Positions 18,892 to 28,606 of a stretch of DNA of 64,000 nt are shown here, piece after piece. How positions within the stretch are numbered: position 1 is the stretch's first letter; every line of letters begins with the position of its first letter. The translations under genes were made by a program, and so were the position numbers. The stretch comes from Deltaproteobacteria bacterium (GTDB lineage Bacteria; Desulfobacterota; DSM-4660; Desulfatiglandales; HGW-15): assembly GCA_019307745.1 (NCBI GenBank), contig JAFDJA010000001.1, positions 20,223-84,222 on the forward strand. The letters are read 5' to 3'. The notes under the pieces are model-generated. The model was given only the letters and a program-made list of their open reading frames with translations, had not been told where the DNA came from and searched no databases.

Positions 18892-18930
18892 TCAATAAGT
18901 GGTCCATATTGCCTGGACATCCACCCGTTT

Positions 18931-19887
18931 CTACCTTGCACGATCAAGCGGCGATGGTGCACCTCTCACAGCCATCTCCAGGGTATAAACGGAGGTGCGC
19001 GCCGTAATAAATAGGGTCTTGCGCTCCTTGCCCGCAAAGGTCATATTGGTTGGAGAGGCTGGAACTGGAATGTCTTTTATCTTTTGCCCCTTTGAATTAT
19101 ATACAACCAACCCCGCCCTGTCGGTCAAATAGACATTGCCATGTTCGTCCAGGGCCATCCCGTCCGAGCCTTGACCACAGAACGACTTCTTGCCAGTAAG
19201 AGTTCCGTCTGCCTGAATGTTATATCTCCAGGTAGTGCGGCCTCGTGCATCAGCGACATACAGGCTCTTTCCATCAGGGGTGCCTATAAGGCCGTTTGGA
19301 CCTATGAGGTCATTTGTCACAGGAGCCAGGCCCTTTTTGTCTGGAGAGATATAATATATCTGCAATCCGCCGCCTTCACCGCCTCCACCGCCTTTCCTGC
19401 CTCCTCCCTTGCCCCCCCTTCCCCTGAGCCAGTCACTAAAATAGATCCCGCCTTTGGGGTCTATCCACAGATCATTCGGGCTGTTAAGTTTTATACTATC
19501 TGAAGATTCAGCCAGGACAGTGGTCTTCCCTTTCATATCATCTAAGGTTAAACGATTATTGTCCATTTCACAGATAACCAGCCTCCCCTTCTGATCAAAC
19601 ATCAATCCGTTGGGCTGGCCTGTGTGTTCGCGATATCGGGAGATATTGCCATCCTTGTAGTTCCATTTATATATGCCTCCTCCGCGAACATCGGAAAAAT
19701 AGACATTACCCTCCGCGTCAGCTGCGGGTCCTTCTGTGAAAGTAAATCCTGCTTTAACCTCTTTAAGCGTTGCTCCCTGTGCAATTACGTCAGCTTTTTC
19801 CTGGGCATTAACTGTTGCCGGACACAAAAGAAAAACAACATAAAGAGCAGACAAAAAAATGGTTGACAAGGGCTGTCTTGGGCTCAT
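18931..19887 (-). CDS. Secreted SMP-30/gluconolactonase/LRE-like beta-propeller protein with a Gly/Arg/Lys-rich insert
   Basis: Signal peptide, repeated propeller motifs (EGPAADAEGNVYFSD, PNGLMFD, PNDLWIDPKGGIYFSD, PNGLIGTPDG, GSDGMALDEHGNVYL), and the insert RGRGGKGGGRKGGGGGEGGG. Confidence 0.8.
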   Translation of the reverse strand: MSPRQPLSTIFLSALYVVFLLCPATVNAQEKADVIAQGATLKEVKAGFTFTEGPAADAEGNVYFSDVRGGGIYKWNYKDGNISRYREHTGQPNGLMFDQKGRLVICEMDNNRLTLDDMKGKTTVLAESSDSIKLNSPNDLWIDPKGGIYFSDWLRGRGGKGGGRKGGGGGEGGGLQIYYISPDKKGLAPVTNDLIGPNGLIGTPDGKSLYVADARGRTTWRYNIQADGTLTGKKSFCGQGSDGMALDEHGNVYLTDRAGLVVYNSKGQKIKDIPVPASPTNMTFAGKERKTLFITARTSVYTLEMAVRGAPSPLDRAR

Positions 19888-20445
19888 AACTTCCTCCTTT
19901 CATATCAATAGCAGTAAATTATCTAAAAACAACTACAGGCTGAATTTTTATTTTTAATAATTATTAAAAAACCTAATTAAAACAATTATCATATAATAGA
20001 CAGTTCTGTAAATATCATTAATCTGTTTTTTTACCCAGGAGTTCCATCAGCCAGGAGACATACAATATCAGTCCCTTGCATAAGATTGTGAAAAAGCACT
20101 AATATTTGATCGTGATCTCCTGTTCAATCCATTTTCAGTTCAAAAATCCGTTCCTCGTAAGCAAACGAGGGCCAATCTCTGAAAGGCGCAGCCATCAAGG
20201 TGCCGATATTTTCACAAAGACCCGACCTATGGCCGCAACATTTTATTAACATTATTATTGTAAATCGCCTTCTCATCCTCTAATATCACACCTTTATGGT
20301 GACTTGGTACAAAAAAACTGCCTGAGAGACCAAAACCATCAAGGCCTTTTCTAGTCCAGGAATATCTACCATGGCTGCCAGGGCTTTCCTTATACATGGG
20401 CATACCAATTTTTGATGTTTAAAATTTTAAAACCGGGGATTTAGG

Positions 20446-20853
20446 ATGCTTGACTACTGTTTTAAACTCGACTTTCAGGTTCGTGACTACGAATGTGACA
20501 TGCAGGGGATAGTAAACAATGCAGTGTATCAAAACTATCTTGAGCATACGAGGCATGAATTTCTGAAGACATTAGGGGTGGATTTCGTCTATTTCACAGA
20601 GAAAAGGATCCATCTTGTTGCCATCAGGGCGGAACTTGATTTTAAGTATCCCTTAAAGGGGAGTGATCTTTTCTGGGTGGGGCTCAATGTTGAACGTGTA
20701 TCGCGTCTCAGGTTTGCATTCAAGCAGGATATCTATAGACAGGAAGGCAATAAACTCATTTTAAATGCAAAGATCACCGCAACAGCATTAAATGAAAGAG
20801 GAAGGCCGGACAAGATCCCTGAGCTTGAGAAGGCGTTCAACTCACACAAGTAA
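20446..20853 (+). CDS. Hotdog-fold acyl-CoA thioesterase (YbgC/4HBT family)
   Basis: 135 aa. N-terminal VRDYECDMQGIVNNAVYQNYLEHTRHEFL is typical of the 4HBT family. Confidence 0.85.
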   Translation: MLDYCFKLDFQVRDYECDMQGIVNNAVYQNYLEHTRHEFLKTLGVDFVYFTEKRIHLVAIRAELDFKYPLKGSDLFWVGLNVERVSRLRFAFKQDIYRQEGNKLILNAKITATALNERGRPDKIPELEKAFNSHK

Positions 20854-21009
20854 AGGTCTCTGAATATCATTTCCGTGTGATGATGCCCGGGTGTCCCAGA
20901 AACCCTATAATTTCTGAAATTGTGCGGCTTTTAACCGCAATGGCTTTATGCCGTCCATACGGAAAGATGGAATAATGGGCCCAAGACTCACAACTTCGCG
21001 GTCTGGATT

Positions 21010-21086
21010 AAATGTTTGGGGATCAATTCCCATGTTTATCCCTCAACTCTGTTGTTTTCCTGCCAGATGAAAGTATGATGTACCCT
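21010..21086. repeat. ~80-nt element paralogous to 17819-17895
   Basis: See 17819-17895. On the minus strand it precedes and includes the start of a 43-codon ORF (21033 down to 20902) with a GAGGGA SD. Confidence 0.5.
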
Positions 21087-21160
21087 GTATTTCTTTACTC
21101 CATTATTCCAATTATAAGGGGAGCGAACTGAGCTCTATTAAATTATTAAGGAGGGGGCAT

Positions 21161-21652
21161 ATGAATAAATTAGGGGCCAAAACACAGAGATGGCTGAAGA
21201 GTGTTCACGTTTTTTTTGCCTGCTTGTGGGTTGGTGGGGCTGTCACAATCAACTTAATGAATTTTTCAATGACCGCTAGTGACGGAATGCAGCTCTATGG
21301 TATCATCCTCTCAATGAAGTTTGTAGATGATTTTGTTATTATTCCTGGTGCCATTGGTTCTCTTCTCACTGGACTTATCTACTCATTGTTTACTAATTGG
21401 GGCTGGTTTAAACACAATTGGATAATTGTTAAGTGGATAATAAACCTGACAGGGGTGATATTCGGCACCTTTTGGCTTGGGCCGTGGCTGAATAGCCTGC
21501 CGCCTATTGTAAAGACAGAAGGGTTGGAGGCTCTTGCAAATACAACATATCTACACAATCAGGACATGCTGTACTGTTGGGGAACACTTCAGGCGGCCAC
21601 AATTGTTTTTGCCCTGTTTATTTCTGTTCTCAAGCCATGGAAAAAGCAATAG
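21161..21652 (+). CDS. Integral membrane protein (4 TM), function unknown
   Basis: 163 aa with four hydrophobic helices. SD AAGGAGGGGG upstream. Confidence 0.6.
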   Translation: MNKLGAKTQRWLKSVHVFFACLWVGGAVTINLMNFSMTASDGMQLYGIILSMKFVDDFVIIPGAIGSLLTGLIYSLFTNWGWFKHNWIIVKWIINLTGVIFGTFWLGPWLNSLPPIVKTEGLEALANTTYLHNQDMLYCWGTLQAATIVFALFISVLKPWKKQ

Positions 21653-21968
21653 CGCCGCAATCATTTTATGCTATCCATGGAAAGGTTTTATTCTAATATA
21701 TACCGGTGTTTTTCAGGTTGCCATGAAGACTGGATTCTTTACCTGGAGAGTCTTGCTATACTTTCAAGGGAGTGAAAATCTGAAATTAAAATTTTCTTAA
21801 TAAATATCAGGAAGGATCGGAGCCCGTTCTGCTCCAATATAAAGGCCAGATTGATAATGGTAATGGCGATGAAATTATAGTGTACTCCGGCAGGACAATT
21901 GAATATGAAATCGAGTTCTGCTTACTACCCTTTCCCTTCTGGCGGAAATAACATTTTGGACAAAGGCC

Positions 21969-22847
21969 ATGCTAAGACTCTTGTATACATCAGACATTCA
22001 TGCAAATTCCAGCCACCTCCTGTCCATGCTCGCTGTCGCGGAACAGGAAAAAGTTGATTCAATTATAGTGGGAGGCGACCTTGTACCCCACTACCTGCCT
22101 GATAAAACCAGCTCAAACAGGTTGGACCGTCAGGAATCATATCTCACGCACACCCTCATCCCCGCAATCCAGGACTTTAAGAGGAAAAGGGATATCCCCA
22201 TCTATTTGGATCTGGGGAATGATGATTTTATCGGATCCCGTCCAATCCTCGAGGCCCACAATGGGCACCTCTTCCACCTGCTACACATGGCAAAAAGACC
22301 ATTAACGGATGGTATAGACATCATAGGATACATGAATGTTCCGCCAACCCCTTTTGAGAGAAAGGACTGGGAACGGCCAGATACAAAGGAGTGGCCTTTT
22401 GCTCCCGGCAACAGGATCACTCTGGACGGGTACCTCTCATCCAAAGGGTCCTTGCAATGGACTGTAATTGACCTGAACTCCACTGATACCATTCAAAAAG
22501 ATCTGGATCAGCTTTCAAAGGACATTATAAATCCTTTTATCTTCGTCTCTCACTCTCCACCATATAACACACCCCTGGATGTCATCTATGATGGAACCCA
22601 TGTGGGCAGCCAAAGTATCCTGAGGTTTATTGAAAGATGGTCTAATCAGGGAAAAATTATTGCATCCCTGCATGGGCATATCCATGAATCGCCCCGGAGA
22701 TCCGGGGCAATCAGCACTATGATAGGCAGTGCCCTGTGTATAAATCCAGGGCAGGAAAGCAGGATGGATAGAAGCTTCAGATATGCAATTCTTGAATTGA
22801 CAGAAGAAGACTCCCAGGCAAAGATCAGGATCCTTAAACCTGCTTGA
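21969..22847 (+). CDS. Calcineurin-like metallophosphoesterase
   Basis: Motifs SDIH, GGDL, GNDD, SHSPP and HGHIH appear in the canonical order. Confidence 0.8.
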   Translation: MLRLLYTSDIHANSSHLLSMLAVAEQEKVDSIIVGGDLVPHYLPDKTSSNRLDRQESYLTHTLIPAIQDFKRKRDIPIYLDLGNDDFIGSRPILEAHNGHLFHLLHMAKRPLTDGIDIIGYMNVPPTPFERKDWERPDTKEWPFAPGNRITLDGYLSSKGSLQWTVIDLNSTDTIQKDLDQLSKDIINPFIFVSHSPPYNTPLDVIYDGTHVGSQSILRFIERWSNQGKIIASLHGHIHESPRRSGAISTMIGSALCINPGQESRMDRSFRYAILELTEEDSQAKIRILKPA

Positions 22848-22896
22848 ATCGCACTCTCAACATCCTTTAGAAAAGGGTCCTACTACAAGTCAGGAC

Positions 22897-23286
22897 TTAA
22901 ATCCCAACGAAATCCTCGATATCCTCATACAGGACAGGTCTAAACCTGGGTGTGCAGATTGCCAGAAACAGAAGGTCTGATTTGCCGGTATTTGTTATTC
23001 TCTGCGGATAGTCTATAGGAATAAACACTAAATCGCCAGTACCCACATCCTGAGGAGCCAAGTCTCCCACTTCCACTCTCCCCTTACCTTCTAAGATAAG
23101 ATGGCATTCTATAACCTTCACCCGATGGAGCCTGGTCCGGGCTCCCGGTTTAACACGGGCTCGTGCAATCGAGAGGGAGACCTCCTCAGGGTCGTTAAAA
23201 ATCTCGTTTATAAAACACCCCTCTTCAAAAAAATATTCCTTCAGGGGATTGTATTTTAATATCTTTTCCTTCATATTCTTAACCAT
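22897..23286 (-). CDS. Cupin-domain protein
   Basis: 129 aa with a cupin-like beta-barrel core (TRLHRVKVIECHLILEGKGRVEVGD...GDLVFIP). Confidence 0.7.
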   Translation of the reverse strand: MVKNMKEKILKYNPLKEYFFEEGCFINEIFNDPEEVSLSIARARVKPGARTRLHRVKVIECHLILEGKGRVEVGDLAPQDVGTGDLVFIPIDYPQRITNTGKSDLLFLAICTPRFRPVLYEDIEDFVGI

Positions 23287-23440
23287 ACTCGGCTGTGTGC
23301 TGTCTATTTCTTACAAAGATTCATAGGCTGCTATTGATCTAAATAGAAATCTCTTTCACAAAATCCTGAAACTTACATTCCGCATGACAGCGGTAAGGTC
23401 TTGCATAAAATCAAGGCAGGATAATCCTGGAATTTTCAGT

Positions 23441-23467
23441 TAAAAAAGCAGGGTCCTTTCGGCCCTG
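23441..23467 (-). terminator. Intrinsic terminator after the LPP20-like gene
   Basis: On the minus strand: CAGGGCC, loop gaaag, GACCCTG (7 bp, one G-U pair), followed by CTTTTTTAA. Confidence 0.65.
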
Positions 23468-23490
23468 ACCTGATATCAGGATAGAATCAT

Positions 23491-24075
23491 CTACTTTTTA
23501 TAATCCCCGAACTCCTTTTCAACCGCCTCAGAGAGCTCATCCTGCGCCTTCTGTGCCTGAAACTTCTGCCACAAGGCCTGATCATTCTTAAAACTGGTTG
23601 CAGTGGCGTTCTTTACAGCCTCCTGTGCAGTGTCAGCGTCCAGGACAACGAGTAAATAGAGCTCATTTTCAGGAGAAATCCATGTCTCTGTCTGTTTTGA
23701 ACCAACCAGGGTCTCACTGGCCACCTGTTTTGATACCTGGGTAGCCACCTTGTCAACCGTCTCCGCATCCCCTATACCGGTTGTTTCGGTAAAATTCTTT
23801 ACCATGTTATTGACCTTCACACTCATCTGCCTTGCCAGCTCATCCCTTGCAACAGCCAGGGCCTCTGTTCTGGCAAAATTCATCCCTGCGCCACCGATCC
23901 TTGCCGAACCTACTGCTGCAAGGGCGCCATCTACCTCAGGGGAAAGAACCCATGCCGGAGCACCTGCAAGAGGTCCGTAGTTCTGAACACCTGTTTCCTT
24001 TGGGGTGGAACCGCACCCGGAAAAACCTGCTGCCCCTGCCAGAAAAATTGCCGCAACCAAGATTGTTTTTCTCAT
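23491..24075 (-). CDS. LPP20-family lipoprotein
   Basis: Lipobox (AGFSGC|GS). Core region PAWVL...AAVGSARIGGAGMNFARTEALAVARDELARQMSVKV resembles the LPP20 domain. Confidence 0.75.
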   Translation of the reverse strand: MRKTILVAAIFLAGAAGFSGCGSTPKETGVQNYGPLAGAPAWVLSPEVDGALAAVGSARIGGAGMNFARTEALAVARDELARQMSVKVNNMVKNFTETTGIGDAETVDKVATQVSKQVASETLVGSKQTETWISPENELYLLVVLDADTAQEAVKNATATSFKNDQALWQKFQAQKAQDELSEAVEKEFGDYKK

Positions 24076-24168
24076 AATTAGTGCCCTCCTTTTTGATATT
24101 GATAATTAAAATATTCCGAAATATAAAAGCGCCCCTGCTCACGCAGGACATATTAAACCCTGAATAGG

Positions 24169-25662
24169 TCAAAAAAGAATAATTGCTGGTTTTACATTAT
24201 TGTATACCGGCATAGCCATCCCCGCAATAGCATTAATATAGGTTGGATCACATACTATATATTTTTTGCTGTTATGTATAATAAAATCCCCCTTGAAATC
24301 ATTGCTGAACTTCACAGCGGTGGCCAGGTGGCCAGGATAATCAAGGCCCACCACTTCAAGTCCGAGCAGTCTTTTTACCAGCCATGCGAACATAAATGAG
24401 CGGTCCTCACAGTCGGAATATGGATAATAAAAGGTTTCCATAGGAAGCAGGTATTTCTCCATTCCAAACTGCTCATCATCGGTCTTATAGTCAAATGAGG
24501 TCTGCACTAAACGAAGGAGAATATCAACTGCCTCCTTTTCCGACCTGCCTTCAAGTATAGGCTTGAGAAATCTGACAAGTTCAGACTCTGTCTCCGGAGA
24601 GATTCCTGCCTGAAAATAGACTTTCAGGTCTGTCTGAGGATAATATTTGAAGAATTCTATCAGGCTTTTGTTGTACGAAACCGTAAAGGAATATTCATTA
24701 TTATCATAAACAAAGCTCAAATTTCTGGGATTCAATGATATATTGATTCTGGGGAACTCCGGGATACTGATATCTATGACCCTGTCGGATTGAGGATAAC
24801 TTCCCTTGTATGTATAGATACTCTCAAAAGATTCCGCTACCTGGCCAAAAAACATTGCATAATATTTTCTGTTCTCAAGGGACAGATACTGGACACCATA
24901 AAGGGTGCTGCTGCAGGGCATGAGGAGATATGCCTTGTCCCTGCCATAACCGATTCTTGTGTCATATCCCATCTTGGATGAGACAAACCAGACAAACAAG
25001 CCGGCCTCTGTAGTGTTCTTAAAAACATAAAGTCCTGTCTGATGTACAAGATAAAAAAGGCCCCAATCATTAAGGTTCAGGCTCACCCTGTATGCATTAA
25101 ACTGTTCAATAAGGTTTTCATAATCTGCCTGGCTCATCCGGGACCAGAATCCGCTTATAGCGTCTTTATCCAGGGAAGAGACGGGGGTAGCATGAAAGGC
25201 GGGATCAACATAGATTATCAGGGGGGTCTGATGAAGGAGAAACTCAATCTTTTCCCCCTTTTTCTTAATATCAGGTTCCTGAGGGGGCGGAACTGGCTCT
25301 TGTGATGGTTCTATATATTCTAAAATAGGAATCTCCGGAATAATTCTGCTGTCCGACGGTTCAGGGTCCTCTGCCGGGGCAGGAGGAGCTGTCGGGATTT
25401 CTGTCGGCTTGGGAGAGGGATCACGCACAAGGCCGGTAAACACCTCAAACTCTTCCCACTGCTCTTTTAGAAAACCAACAAACTCGGCATCCCTTGCATC
25501 TCTGTATTCCTGAAAGGAGTCTTTTTCCGTTTTTATCCATTCATCAAAATCCGTCTGCGCCTCACCGGAAGAATGAAAAAACAGCATTACGGCAGACAGC
25601 ATGATAAAAAGTCTGCGGAATAACATCCTGGTATCAGGAAGCATTGTTCGAACCTTCTGCAT
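24169..25662 (-). CDS. Secreted protein with a Pro-rich linker and a C-terminal transglutaminase-like Cys-His-Asp core
   Basis: SDCEDRSFMFAWLVKRLLGLEVVGLDYPGHLATAV...VCDPT fits the transglutaminase-like cysteine-protease pattern. The start was trimmed to an internal Met (25662, 25644 or 25626 are all possible) ahead of a signal-like segment. Confidence 0.65.
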   Translation of the reverse strand: MQKVRTMLPDTRMLFRRLFIMLSAVMLFFHSSGEAQTDFDEWIKTEKDSFQEYRDARDAEFVGFLKEQWEEFEVFTGLVRDPSPKPTEIPTAPPAPAEDPEPSDSRIIPEIPILEYIEPSQEPVPPPQEPDIKKKGEKIEFLLHQTPLIIYVDPAFHATPVSSLDKDAISGFWSRMSQADYENLIEQFNAYRVSLNLNDWGLFYLVHQTGLYVFKNTTEAGLFVWFVSSKMGYDTRIGYGRDKAYLLMPCSSTLYGVQYLSLENRKYYAMFFGQVAESFESIYTYKGSYPQSDRVIDISIPEFPRINISLNPRNLSFVYDNNEYSFTVSYNKSLIEFFKYYPQTDLKVYFQAGISPETESELVRFLKPILEGRSEKEAVDILLRLVQTSFDYKTDDEQFGMEKYLLPMETFYYPYSDCEDRSFMFAWLVKRLLGLEVVGLDYPGHLATAVKFSNDFKGDFIIHNSKKYIVCDPTYINAIAGMAMPVYNNVKPAIILF

Positions 25663-25681
25663 GGCATTGCTCCAAAAAAGT

Positions 25682-26029
25682 TTAGAATGAAACTCTCCGG
25701 TATTGTTCATAAGATGCCAGCGAAAGGTTCCAAGCTCCTTGCATAAACAACTCGTCCGCTGACATATATAACATGTCCATTCCCTGCTTTTTATCCACAC
25801 AAACCACACCATTATAGGAGAAATAGCTAAAGCTCCCAATATAAGGTGCCATCTGAACCGCGGCACAGAAAGCCCCTGTGCTATTCAGGGCTGATACAGT
25901 CTCGAACGGGAACTTTTCAGGTACACCTGCGATACTAAGCAGGTAGGACTGGGTGCGGGATATTGAGGATAGGGAAATAAAGATAAGCAGTAAGATAAAG
26001 GATGGCATAAATGCATGAACTCTTCTCAT
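25682..26029 (-). CDS. Small secreted protein, function unknown; first gene of the LPP20 cluster
   Basis: 115 aa with an N-terminal signal-like helix (FILLLIFISLSSIS). It ends 20 nt before the likely start of the next gene. Confidence 0.5.
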   Translation of the reverse strand: MRRVHAFMPSFILLLIFISLSSISRTQSYLLSIAGVPEKFPFETVSALNSTGAFCAAVQMAPYIGSFSYFSYNGVVCVDKKQGMDMLYMSADELFMQGAWNLSLASYEQYRRVSF

Positions 26030-26088
26030 GTTAATATGTCCTTTTCAATAAATATCGATTTATGCATTTAAATATACAAAAACACTTA

Positions 26089-26118
26089 ATATTAGCAGAA
26101 TTTATGGAAAGGTGTCAA
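26089..26118 (-). promoter_or_regulatory. Sigma-70-type promoter candidate for the LPP20 cluster
   Basis: On the minus strand: TTGACA, 18 nt, TAATAT, about 60 nt upstream of the ATG at 26029. Confidence 0.4.
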
Positions 26119-26243
26119 TTATTCAGCAGTTATTGCAACTGGATACGTTTTTCAGGCTGCATCATTATCCTGCCTGTTTGGAAATCATTTACAAAGTATG
26201 CCTTGCCAACAACATGAATCCATCAGGATTTTAAAATTGATCC

Positions 26244-26272
26244 TTGACATTTGTTTATTATCTCAATAGAAT
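26244..26272 (+). promoter_or_regulatory. trp operon promoter
   Basis: TTGACA (26244-26249), a 17-nt spacer, then TAGAAT (26267-26272). Confidence 0.6.
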
Positions 26273-26280
26273 TTCAAATC

Positions 26281-26355
26281 ATGAGTGGAAACAAACTAAA
26301 TAATCTTATTAACACAACTGGTAACTGGTGGTGGCTCAGCTCTCAATGGAGGTGA
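26281..26355 (+). CDS. trpL: trp leader peptide (24 aa, MSGNKLNNLINTTGNWWWLSSQWR)
   Basis: ATG at 26281, three consecutive TGG codons at 26326-26334, a fourth TGG at 26347, and TGA at 26353. It lies between the promoter and an intrinsic terminator upstream of trpE. Confidence 0.75.
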   Translation: MSGNKLNNLINTTGNWWWLSSQWR

Positions 26356-26386
26356 TCCTGCCGGAATAGTACAATTTTATTAATAC

Positions 26387-26421
26387 ACCGTGGGCGCCTC
26401 AAGAAGGTCCCACGGTTTTTT
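26387..26421 (+). terminator. trp attenuator terminator
   Basis: ACCGTGGG (26387-26394), a 14-nt loop, CCCACGGT (26409-26416), then T-run TTTTTGTTTT. It sits 115 nt upstream of the trpE start. Confidence 0.8.
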
Positions 26422-26535
26422 GTTTTATGAAGCCGCAGGATCTTGAAATTAGAATCTGTGGCCTTTTTTTTAATTCCTTGCAGTTTTCGCAAAATGAGAT
26501 AAATATCTTAAAAACAAACCATTCAGGAGAAAAAA

Positions 26536-28023
26536 TTGTCTATCAAACCCTCATTTGAAGAATTTAAACAGATGGCAGGTAAAGGAAACCTGGTACCTGT
26601 GTACAGAGAGTTTCTTGCTGACACAGAGACTCCGGTTTCAGCATACCTGAAGATCAAGGATGAATCCTTTTCCTACCTCCTTGAGAGTGCTGAGGGTGGA
26701 ACCAGATGGGGCAGATACAGCTTTATCGGGTATAGACCTTACTTGACTGTGACCGTACGGAACCGGGAGATGGAGATACTGGAGGGAGACAGGAAAGAGG
26801 TTCTAAAAGATGTTGAAAATCCCCTGCTTGTACTCCGGGAATTAAGCAAGAAATTCAGGCCGGTTCCTGCGGAAGGCCTGCCCCCTTTTCAGGGAGGGCT
26901 TGTGGGATATGTGAACTATGATTTGATCAGAAAGTGGGAGAGGCTGCCTGGAGTAACCATTGACGACCCGGACCAGCCTGAAGCGATTTTTACGGCATGC
27001 CGCGGACTTATTGTGTTTGATCATTTCTCCCATATGATCAAGGTCATCGCCTTTGCTCACCTGAAAAACGGGGATGACCTTCAGGCAGCATATGATAGTT
27101 CATGTATTGAACTCCAGGAGACCATATCTTGGCTCCAGAGACCCCTTGCCGCCTTGCCAAAGGGAGAACCCCTCACTGTGGGGGAACTCAAACCCAACTT
27201 TAAGAAACAGGCTTTTTTTGAGGCTGTTGACAGGGCCAAAGAGCATATCTGTGCAGGAGATGTTATTCAGGTGGTACTGTCACAGAGATTCTCAGCCGAT
27301 TGTTCCGGAGAGGATTTTTACCTGTATAGGATGCTCCGGAGTGTGAACCCGTCACCCTATATGTTTTATCTCAATTTCGGGGACACCAAATTTATCGGGG
27401 CCTCTCCGGAGATCCTTGTACGGCTTACGGACGGCACTATTGAACTCCGCCCTATTGCCGGCACAAGGGCCAGAGGAAATACTCCTGAAGAGGACAAGAC
27501 CCTGGAGCAGGACCTGATAAATGATCCCAAGGAAAGGGCGGAACACATCATGCTGGTGGATCTCGGCAGAAATGACGCTGGCAGGGTCGCCGCTCCCGGT
27601 ACGGTTCATGTGCCCCGGCTCATGGAGATAGAAAGGTATTCCCATGTTATGCATATTGTATCCCATGTGGAGGCCCGGATTAAACAGGGCATGGATGAAT
27701 TTGATGTATTTATGGCTGCTTTTCCCGCAGGGACCGTGTCTGGCGCGCCCAAGGTTCGAGCAATGGAGATCATAAGGGATTTCGAGCCCTCTACCCGGGG
27801 ACCATACGCAGGGTCAGTGGGATATTTCGGGTTTAATAACAACATGGACTTTTGCATTACCATAAGGACCATTACCGTCATAAACGGGAAACTCTCTGTT
27901 CAGGTGGGAGCGGGTATCGTGTATGACTCTGTTCCGGAATATGAGTATAAGGAGACATTAAAAAAGGCCGGCGCTATGTTCAGGGCCATCGAAAGGGTAA
28001 AAGAAAATGATTTTACTTATTGA
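26536..28023 (+). CDS. trpE: Anthranilate synthase component I
   Basis: 495 aa with conserved TrpE motifs (LLESAEGG, GAGIVYDSVPEYEYKET). TTG start 5 nt after the SD CAGGAGA. Confidence 0.95.
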   Translation: MSIKPSFEEFKQMAGKGNLVPVYREFLADTETPVSAYLKIKDESFSYLLESAEGGTRWGRYSFIGYRPYLTVTVRNREMEILEGDRKEVLKDVENPLLVLRELSKKFRPVPAEGLPPFQGGLVGYVNYDLIRKWERLPGVTIDDPDQPEAIFTACRGLIVFDHFSHMIKVIAFAHLKNGDDLQAAYDSSCIELQETISWLQRPLAALPKGEPLTVGELKPNFKKQAFFEAVDRAKEHICAGDVIQVVLSQRFSADCSGEDFYLYRMLRSVNPSPYMFYLNFGDTKFIGASPEILVRLTDGTIELRPIAGTRARGNTPEEDKTLEQDLINDPKERAEHIMLVDLGRNDAGRVAAPGTVHVPRLMEIERYSHVMHIVSHVEARIKQGMDEFDVFMAAFPAGTVSGAPKVRAMEIIRDFEPSTRGPYAGSVGYFGFNNNMDFCITIRTITVINGKLSVQVGAGIVYDSVPEYEYKETLKKAGAMFRAIERVKENDFTY

Positions 28024-28606
28024 TAACTATGACTCGTTTACATATAACATTGTCCAGATGCTGGAGGATATGGGGCAGGAGGTAAAGGTCATTAGAAATG
28101 ACCAGATCGACATACCCGGTATTGAGGCCCTTAATCCCTCTGTTTTCATGGTGTCACCCGGACCGGGCCGTCCTGCTGACGCGGGTATTTCCCTTGAGGC
28201 GATCAAGGCCCTGGCACCAAAGATTCCGATCCTAGGAGTCTGCCTTGGCCATCAGACCATTGCCGAGGCTTTTGGCGGAAAAATCGTAAGGGCCAAACGA
28301 ATTATGCACGGAAAAAGCTCCAGGATATTCCATGATGGAAAGGGCCTTTACAGGGATCTACCAAACCCGTTTGACGCAATACGGTACCACTCCCTCATCG
28401 TGGAAAGGGAATCTTTGCCTGACTGCTTTGAGATAAGCGCGTGGACAGAGAGGGGAGAGATTATGGGATTAAGGCACAAGGAGCACCAGGTTGAAGGGAT
28501 GCAGTTTCACCCCGAGTCCATTCTGACCGATGCAGGGCCAAGTCTTCTGAAAAACTTTTCAGATATCGGGTGCGCCCTAACCGACCCTCCCGCATGTGTA
28601 TCCTAA
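28007..28606 (+). CDS. trpG: Anthranilate synthase component II (glutamine amidotransferase)
   Basis: MILLIDNYDSFTYN, GVCLGHQ catalytic Cys and FHPES. Overlaps trpE by 17 nt. Confidence 0.93.
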   Translation: MILLIDNYDSFTYNIVQMLEDMGQEVKVIRNDQIDIPGIEALNPSVFMVSPGPGRPADAGISLEAIKALAPKIPILGVCLGHQTIAEAFGGKIVRAKRIMHGKSSRIFHDGKGLYRDLPNPFDAIRYHSLIVERESLPDCFEISAWTERGEIMGLRHKEHQVEGMQFHPESILTDAGPSLLKNFSDIGCALTDPPACVS

